Shown here piece after piece: positions 55,158 to 64,000 of a stretch of DNA of 64,000 nucleotides. The number at the start of each line of letters is the position of its first letter. The stretch's first letter is position 1. The notes below the pieces were generated by a model. The model did no database searches. It saw nothing but the letters and a program-made list of their open reading frames with translations, and had not been told where the DNA came from. Source of the stretch: the human T2T-CHM13v2.0 reference genome, Homo sapiens; NCBI RefSeq assembly GCF_009914755.1, contig NC_060939.1; one strand, given 5' to 3'. A program made the position numbers and the translations under genes.

Positions 55158-58100
55158 CATTTGCTTTTCTTTGTGATCTTCATTCTAAGGCCCAGCTATT
55201 TTCCAACTGTTGGGAAAAACCTTTTTGCATCAGGAGGCTCTCTGCTGGTGCAAATGTATCGTAACTCTCCTCTCCAAAGCCTGTCTCATGCTTTGTTTTT
55301 GGATAAAACCTTGATATTCATAATTGAACATTACAGTTAAAAATCTAGATGGACTCTCTGGGGAAATTCTCTTCAGGGAAGCTGTGTAGGCAGTTCAGTG
55401 GGAGGGAAGGAACATCAGCTCTGGGGTCACACATCCTGAGCTTGCTGATAATCACACTGTCTGCTAATTGTGGGACTTGGACAGTGATTCCCTGTGGAGT
55501 CTGGCTCTGTATCTGTATAATGGGCTCACTCGCCAACTGGCAGGGTCATCATGGCTAACAGTAACAACATCTACTTGACACTGTTTATTCCCTTGCGCAC
55601 TCTGATGGTAGGTATTACTTATTATTAATTTTGAGATTTTTCTGCACGTAAACTGTAGGTCCTCACAACTTGGCAACTCAAATTATGCAATTTAAGAAAA
55701 TAAGATATGACTAGTAAAATTCAATGTATTTTTTTCCTCCAAAACAGCATAGAATTTTTTGATATTTTTTGGTAAAAGTGGGCAGTGACCATCGTCAAGG
55801 ACATGGTAGGAGGGGCATCCATTGATGGAAGGATTGGGCAGTGTAGGTCAGCCTGAACAATACTGAAGTTTTATAACCAGGTATGATAAGGCTGGGGTAG
55901 TGGTTGCTTATGTGTAGAGAAATCACATTGGCATGGGTAGGTTGTTAGCTTGGTGATGGTTAAAACATGGACCTGCCCCGTAGGCCCCTCCTCCAGGCTC
56001 TCCTGAGTCATGTGGAACTTGCTGACTTCCCCTTTTTCCATAGTCCACCGACCTGCAGATTCCCCCTGAGCCACAAGTAACTCCTAAAAACACTGGGGTT
56101 GGTGAGATGAAGGTGCTTGGGTAAGATCAACCATCGCCTGAAACTGTGTTGCCTACCGACTCCAGTGTTTGTTCATGGGCAAAACAAGCAAAAAAGCATC
56201 TGATCTTAGATAGAAACAGTGAGCTTTTAGGGAAGAGTAAGACATAAAGCTAAGTTTAACCGGCTCCAACTTTTAAACATAATGTCAAGAGTATGAATAT
56301 AGAGTAATATAGATTATTCCATTTTGAGCCATTTCAAAGTAATCATACCAATTTCTTAAAGTATATTTTATATTTCAAGGGGATTCTACAGATTAACTCA
56401 TTATAGAATTTTCTAGACTTAATTTAGTTTGGAAAGGTTGAGAATGGGAACCCACAAGGCCATTTGGACTAGCCTGCCTCAGAGTCCCTCCTCAGTCCCA
56501 GATGGTGCTGTATAAAGCAGCTCTGACATTCTACCAGTTTATTAGCGGCTCTGAGGCAGCGAAAAATCTGGGCTGGAGTATTTCTCTGGACAAATTGCAC
56601 CCCATGTCGTTGATCTGCTTTTACAGCCAGGCTTGACACATTCACCATTTTCCTCCTGTTCCCTGGCTTCCTTAGCCTCTGAGATTTACAGCTTTTAAAA
56701 CTCTAGCACTCTTTTCTGCCCCTTGCCTTTGAGTTAAAAGCTGACCAGTCTGTAATATAAAACATAGAATTATGGTAATGAATAAGAGGTTAAAAGCTAT
56801 CATGGCAAGTAAAACTTGAGCAGGTTTGTCTGACTGATATGGTAAAATTATGTGTTGAATTAAAACATTAAAACGCTGTGGGATTAATGGAGAAAGACAA
56901 GAATGGGAGGTCAGAAACAATGCTAAATCAGCACATTAACTGCCTGTGGGCTAGAGAGGCTGGCTTTAATATATGCCTTTTGCAGGAAAGGGAAAAAAAA
57001 GTAATTTAGTCTGTTTTCTTCAGGTGAGTAGAACAATGGCATTTTAAATCTAAGAGGCACCTAGTAAATACATTTATTTCAATTCCTTTCCTACATAGGG
57101 GAAGAAACAGAGGCTGCAAAAGATTTAGTTAGTTCAAGAAAAAACAGTATAATTTGGAGTTTTTGACTTTGTGAGTTTTGTTACGGCGCTGACATTCATT
57201 CTTTTGTGCGTTCAGTGTATTCAAATCTTCAAATCTAGAGCACATTGTATGCTGGGCAGAAGGCACAGTACTTGAGGATTCAGTGGACAGTGATACAGAA
57301 AAGGCTGCTGTCCTTGGGCACTGATGAGCCTCGGGCTACTACAAGTAAGCAGGCAGTGGCAGTAGGTGGAATGAGGGCTGCAGGTCCTGGCATCATGGAT
57401 ACCAATTTGGGCTTAGAATGGAAGCGGAGGCTTCCTTGAAGAACAGCGGTCTAAGCTGAGACTTGTAGGAATAGTGGTAATTAACAAGCAGACAGGAAGA
57501 AGAGCTTTCCAGGAAGACAGCAAAACATAGGCAAAGGTCTGGAGAGGAGAGAGAGCACATTCTCTCCGAAAACCTTGATGGAGTGGAAAAATCAGTGGTG
57601 TCACATGATAAGGCTAGAGATGAGGGCAGGGGTGAAGGCACAAAGCCACTGGATTCCATGTCTTGCAGATGAGCTATGGGAGTTCCTTCCTAGACACTAA
57701 CACAGCAGTGACTTGGCTATTTTGATTTCCATCGTGTAAATCTTGTTGTTGCAGTGGAGCTCCTATTGATTACATTTTTAAAAAGCTGATGTTGGAATAA
57801 AAATTTCCTGGTCACCTAAGGGCTCGGTGTGTTGCACCTTCTGAACGACTGTCCAAAGACATTTAGTCTCCTTGTGTGTGAAGTCATATGTGATGCCACC
57901 GGAACAGACCTAATTGGTTCATGCTCATTAATTGAATTCCTTATATAGATGCCCTGCGTGTGTGTTTTCCATATTGTTTCTATCAGACAGAAGAGAGCAA
58001 TTTTTATAGGTTTTATTGCTTTATCCATTTTTATTAACTAACAGATCATTGGATATTTTGACCAGCGTTTCTTGAGCTGTCGTGAGTTAAAAAAATTTAC

Positions 58101-58158
58101 ATTAAAAAAAAAAAGACGTGTAATTCACCACCACTAAATTACAAGTATTTCTGTAGTT

Positions 58159-58345
58159 CAGGGGTCAGCAAACCAGGGCTTGTAGGTGAAATCCATATGG
58201 CTGCCCGTTTTTGTAAATAAAGGTTTTTTTTGGGAAAAAACCTTCATTTGTTTACATTGTCTGTTACTGCTTTTATGGTACAAGGGCTGATTTTAGTAGT
58301 TGCTACAGAAAACTTATGGCCCACAAACCAAAAATATTTAATTAT
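58159..58345. mobile_element. MER58-like MITE
   Basis: caggggtcagcaaac...gtttttgtaaataaagg...agtagttgctacaga...tatggcccacaaa. Confidence 0.7.
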
Positions 58346-61300
58346 TAGCCCCTCACACCTGCCCATAACAGGGAAAGGCTAATCCTGTACCCTACCCATA
58401 AGACATAGCCAAAGAGAGGACAGAAAAGAGCAAGATTTTACTGGTCTTCAGCAGTGACTAGAAAGACATAAGAGCCCAACCAGATTATTTAGTATTTTTT
58501 GCAAGAAGAATCCATTACACTAATGAAAAAGAAGAAGTCTAGATTCTTCTTTTGAGATTTTTCGTGTTAAAGGTGTCTTTGATTAATGTATTATAGAATG
58601 TTTACGTCTTAAAGACTTTAAATTTTAGTCCATTTGTCTTTGAACCTAAGAAAAAAACACAAAAAGCCATTTTGGTCATTTGATATTTCTCTTTTGGGAG
58701 GTTGGATGAATATTTTGGTTAACATTATTTGCAATTTGAGGGAAAAAAGCCTTTCTTGTTAAAAAAAATTCTGTTGCTTTTCTGATAATGCAGTAACCTC
58801 TTACTAGGTTGGGGTTAATGAAAATAATTCTCCCAGTCTCTGGCTAATGTCCAGAGCTTCTGGTTCTCCTTCAAACTTTATGACAAAACTGGAGCAGTGT
58901 GAGCTGGAGTTGAAATAGGTTAAATATGAGGCCTGAAGAAGGTTTTGTATGAAATACATTTTTTCTGTCTCCCGTCTTTCCTCCTTCTTCCAGAATGTGG
59001 AAATAAATGGGGACACCAGGTGGGTAGAAGAGTTACAGAATGTTTATAAAAAGTCATCATTAAAGGGGGCCTACTATGGTAGCTTTAAATTAATTCTGAA
59101 CATACTGGTTCATGTGGTGGGTCAGGACCTCTAAGAGGCTGGGTCATAACCCATGTCCAGAAAGACTAAGTTTTAATTTTGATTGATATGATGCTAATAT
59201 CATGATGCTAATATATCAGTTTAACTTGTTCCTTCTAGTCACTGAGAAAGTACAAGTAAATATTTGGCTGGATTCACTCGTTAGTTATCAAAGACTGTAA
59301 AATCCATTAAGCTGCTGCCTAAATCTTCAACCTGTTGCTCAAAGGACTCTAATATCTAAACTACAAATGGCTATTTTTCATGAAAGTGTTCATTCTAGTG
59401 AAGGGACTGATTTTTTTGTAATAACGTAAGTGTAAAACATTCACAGTAGACAGAAATGAGTGAAAAGCTTGTGAAAATGTGTAATTTTGAGAAGAAACCC
59501 AATATTTACTTTGCATTTCATCTGGTATGTGGTTCAGCTTTTACTTAAAATTGACAAACTGCTCTGTTCCAATAAGTTGAGCACTTAAACAGTCGCTAGG
59601 AAAATTTTCACAGTTATTCCAATTATGGTAATACTGCTCACAGCGTTACTAGAGTACTCTAGAATTAATATCAGGTTCATTTTGAATTATCCAAGAAAAA
59701 TTTTAGTAGCACTTACTTATATATTATTTTTAACCTTCAAACATTATTAGCTGTCAGAGCACTTGTATCTAAATAAATTTTGGCTGCTCAAAGAACCAAC
59801 AAAACCACCATCCCAAAGGCAGATGTTTAAAGGACAAAAATAAATTGCCATTATTAATGGTATTAAAAAGAATGTGCCATCAATAGGCTATTGTTAATTT
59901 GTAACATTGTGATTAGCAGAGAAAATTTCTACAAATTTGGATTATTTACCTTTCCATAAGAAAGAGCTTTACTAAATGAAAGTGTATATAACAGTGTAAA
60001 ATAATGCTTAGCAAAGTATTCCGAAGTAGAAATATTACTGCAATATTGCTCAAGAATTTGTGGGGACCTACTTTTCTAGAAATAAATGGTTTAAGGCAAT
60101 AGACATTTCTTTCTTTCCAAGCAAATTTGATTTCCCACTTACATCATGCTTATGAAATAAAAATATTTATTAACCTATATTTTCATAGATAGTAATGCAA
60201 TTTAACTTTAAAAGCTTCCCTATTGATACAGAAAAATTGTTTTGATTCAAATCAGAGGATTATTTAAAAATACTTTTTTTGTAATTTGTCTCCCATAGAA
60301 ATATTTGATGAATTTATTACATGCAAAAGCTCTAATGGCCACTCCCACCTGTAATTGGGGTCACTTTTGATAAATAGGAAATAAATGCCCAGTTAAGTTA
60401 ATTATATGGACACATATTGGTATGTAAAATATTTTAAAATCTTGTAATAAAGTCTAGTAGAGTCTTTTAATGTCATATTTATTTGGAAAAGTGATTGCTA
60501 GCTTTCTCTTAAATTTCTTAAAGTGGAAGTTTTCATCCACATAGCCATGTGGCTCAAAATTGCCATTGCTTTATATAGTATGTAAGTTAACCTATTTGTA
60601 ATTAACTGCAAATGTACAAAGTCCATTGACAGCTTAGGGTAAGAATCTATCCTTATTGTTCTCTCTGGGGAGCAGTGCTTCCATCCTTTTCTGAAGTCTT
60701 GAATATTCATCTTATTCTATAATTATGGAGGGTAAAGGAGAATGTAAAAAAAAATGACGTCTGGGAATACCATGCCCCACTTTACTCAACCCCACCTACT
60801 TCACCCACCTGCATACATAAACAGAGCAGGTGTGGTCCAGGCAAACCCAGAGTTGTCAGTGTTAAGGCAAATAAATGGCTTAGCACCTCAGTCCCCCTTT
60901 TTGGTGTTTGCTTCTGTATTTAAATGTGTTTGAGGTTTTCAACATCCCCAGAACATTGGCTGTTAAGAGGCGGAAAACATGCAATTTATAGCAGATGGGT
61001 ACAGCCTTTCCTGGCAGAGCTGCTGAAATGGGATCAATCAACAGCACTTCATGCTCCATTTGTCCAAAAGAAACCCACCTGGGGAAACCCTGTGGCACTG
61101 TGCCTATTAGGAAAACACCTTAACGTGTTTTTTAAAATAAAAATTCGCCAGTTGGCATTAATCAGGAAGAAAACGATTTCTCCATTAACCCTCTCCCACT
61201 TGCCTTTCTCTTATCTTTTTTTTTCCTTCATGTTTTGAGCCATGATCCTTTATTCTCTTTACTCATAAAAGGCACAGCCCACGGAAGCCATACAGCATGC

Positions 61301-61640
61301 TTACTCATAAGGCTTAAACTTTCAAACTTTTTCTTTCTAATTTTTGATCTTATCTTTCTGCAGACCTTATTTGGCAAGGATCCACTCCTCTCTTTTCATT
61401 TTCCATCTGCCGATGCTGCCTTCTTTTTGATTTTCTGGACCTCTTCCTCTCCTTAATTTTAGAGTGTGTTAGGCTGGGGGTGAGCATTATGAATTAGGGC
61501 AACCTTTGCTGCTCAATAAACCTAAGACCAGACAGAGTGAGTTTTGGGGGATGATGAAATCAAAGCCAGGTGCTTTGGAGGTACTGCAGTGGCCTTGAAT
61601 TAATCACTTTTCTCTCTCTTGATTCCTGAAACTTTTCTAG

Positions 61641-61827
61641 GTGTAAAGTGGATATCTCGGCACTCCCTCTGAAGCAAGCCAACTGCCTGGAGCTGCCACT
61701 GGACAGCTGTCTGGGGGCTCTCCTTATGTTGGTCACACTTACACCCTGTGCGGGGGTCTCCGTCTCTGATCTGTGTGTCTGCCCCTTAGCAGACCTCAGC
61801 GAAAGAAAGCAGATTACCCAGCGATAT
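61641..61827 (+). CDS. MCTP2: MCTP2 coding exon I ([62 protein letters not shown]), end of C2B plus linker, 187 nt, phase 2-0
   Basis: Acceptor acttttctag|G and donor TAT|gtgagt. Phase matches exon H. Confidence 0.96.
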
Positions 61828-64000
61828 GTGAGTGTTTTTCCTTATTGTACACTCCCCCTCCTCCCACCTTCTCTTTTAAAACAAAGTCTTTATTGAAACA
61901 AAGTCTCTGAATTGAAAAACTACATCAAAAGAGATCTTTGTCCCAAGTTTCCTTGTACGTCATAAAACAAGACATCAGACTTAGGGGTTAATGCATTAGT
62001 GAAAAGGTGACAGTAGAATTAAGAGTTGGTTTTGCTATTTTGAAAGGCAAAAAGAGATTCTGAATTTTTAGCGTTTAGCAAGTCTTTGGGGAATGTTGAA
62101 ATCCCCAGGGAAGCAGACTCCTGCTTAGGCTGTGTGTGTGTGTAAATAGGACTTTTAATATGAGTTCACAAATAACTTTACCAGCCATTAATGGTTGCAA
62201 TGTTATGGATACCTTTGCAGAACTTCTTAGGATCAAGTGAGAACCTGCTCATGCCTTGTAAAGCAATAACACTAGCTGGACATGAAGAACCGCTGTTCTG
62301 AACTAGTCTGGATGATAAGAGCAGTGTGTGATTTCTCCCTAAGTAGTTGCAATGAGCTTAACAGTCCACTCAGCATTTTTAAATGAAATGGCTGTGTCCT
62401 CTTCATTTATTTTTTGTACTCTGGCTTTCTAGGTGCCTTTATTTGCATTCTGCTTTTATCCTATCTTCTGTATAAATCAATATGTTTATTTTAGTGCCAC
62501 ACAGGGAAAGCACGTTTTAGGGAAGTGGCATGAAAATGAAGCAAAGATGAATCCCTATTCAATGGCACTATCATTCTCAGCATAAACTTTAGTGTCTCCA
62601 GGATCCTTCACTGTGTAGATGTATTGATTAATTGAATAATTCTGTATCTTCGGGAGTACAAGACCTAGCCACATAGCTCATTGTCAATGCAGAGTGCGCA
62701 TGTGAGGCTGGCATACTGTGAAGAAGGTTTGACACAACTATTAACATTCTCTCTGATTAGGTAAGCAAATGAAAATTAATGGTGAAGAATAAAACCTTTC
62801 CCCAAGCTTTCCAATGGATAAGTTGACAAATTTACCAAATTCATGAGGAGTTTTGTGTGTTTATAAAGGAACATTAGATACCATCATAATGCCTGCTTTG
62901 AATAATACTTTAGGATTTGAGGAGTAGTAATCGAAAAGAGGTTTGAAGAGGCTATGGTCAAAGTAGAAATAGTGAGTGCTTCTTCAGCTAGCAAGCTAGC
63001 CAGCACATTAGAGGGAACGAATGCTGTTTCAAAGCACAAGTTACAGCCCCCTGGATTTGTTTTTTAAGTTATGAGGACAGATCCTCTTTAAAGGCATTTC
63101 CACTTCTAAATTGTAAAAGCATTTCATTTCAAATGCGTTCTCTTAGTTTAAAAACTAATTGTTTTGTTTGTTTAGGTTGAAAATATAGAGGAGAAACAAC
63201 TTTCAAATGTTTTTAGGAATGATGCATATTAAGTTAGGCAAACTGTTATTAAGCTTGTGTTATTCTACCTGAAATGCCTAAATAGCAAGTATTTTAATAG
63301 CCTTTCGTAAATCCTTGAGGTCTGTTTATCACAGGTTTTTAGCTATCTAATGATGACAGAAATAGCATGTCCAGAGGTTTTGAGGCAGTATCTTTTTCAG
63401 TAGGTGTGTTCTGGAGGCAGGAGAAGAGAGTTTATCTGCCGGCCTCTTTCATGCACAATTTCTTAAGGATGCCATGTATATAAACACCCAAATATTGCTA
63501 TATGTGCTTAAGAATGAGCAGTAGATACATTCAGACTTTGGCTGGTACAAACTCAAGGCTAAAGTAAATATGAATCTAGGGTGGTACTAGATACTTAATC
63601 TCTAATTCAATGAGCTAGCTAAAACAGACCAGAAAATTCACTGTTTCTGCCCCAACTCTCTTTAGAGTGGTGATAAGTATCTCTGATGGGTCCAAGTTTA
63701 GTCCTCTGGAATCCATAAAGTTTGTACTAACTAGGTCAGAATAATGTTGTGTTTCAGAGTGATTTAACAGTTGCATTAATGAGAAAGAAGGGGGAAAAAG
63801 AGCATCAATGTAATTCTACCCACACGTTTTCCTGGTGGGATATCTATGCCATCACCAGGGGCGATGTTAAAAGTAGATTCGATGTGCTTCTAATTGGTTT
63901 ATTTTAAAGCTGTCGTTAACTAATTCTCAGTCACTTTTCTTTTAATCTGGCTGCTATAAGTGCCTAACCGTCCTGTTATATAATATATTTTTGGGGATTT

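Noticed and set aside
59188-59214. Short tandem duplication ATGATGCTAATAT x2 (similar short repeats near 61260-61312 and 61878-61908)
   Set aside because: Ordinary slippage-scale duplications with no sign of function.
61641-61827. Six cysteines in exon I as a possible metal-binding or palmitoylation module
   Set aside because: The spacing fits no zinc-finger pattern I know, and most lie in the final C2B strands. No support beyond composition.

Overview
This is primate genomic DNA, almost certainly human: AluY/S/J, L1M, L2, MIR, MaLR LTRs and hAT/Tigger DNA transposons are present. The whole window lies inside MCTP2 (multiple C2 and transmembrane domain protein 2) on the + strand. Nine internal coding exons (labelled A-I here) have canonical GT-AG borders and matching phases. 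They splice into one open frame of 1023 nt / 341 codons (KLCGSSDL...RKQITQRY), covering the end of the N-terminal region, all of C2A, the basic linker and C2B. The start codon, C2C and the transmembrane region lie outside the window. Almost all ORFs in the supplied track are Alu, low-complexity or chance ORFs. I found no evidence of a new protein-coding system. The best unexplained signals are RNA- and DNA-structural: (1) a 38-nt candidate poison exon or recursive splice site at 56986-57029; (2) UGCAUG (RBFOX) elements placed around a 36-nt symmetric exon and around exon H; (3) a ~1.1-kb AG-free C/T tract ending in a composite CAG|GTGAGA site; (4) a ~140-nt hairpin whose three stem mismatches are all G-U-compatible on the sense strand; (5) an ~80-bp locally copied segment held between inverted TA/CA-rich arms; (6) inverted Alu pairs flanking exon blocks; (7) a strong CTCF motif. 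Gene and repeat-family names come from recognition or memory, not from a database search.
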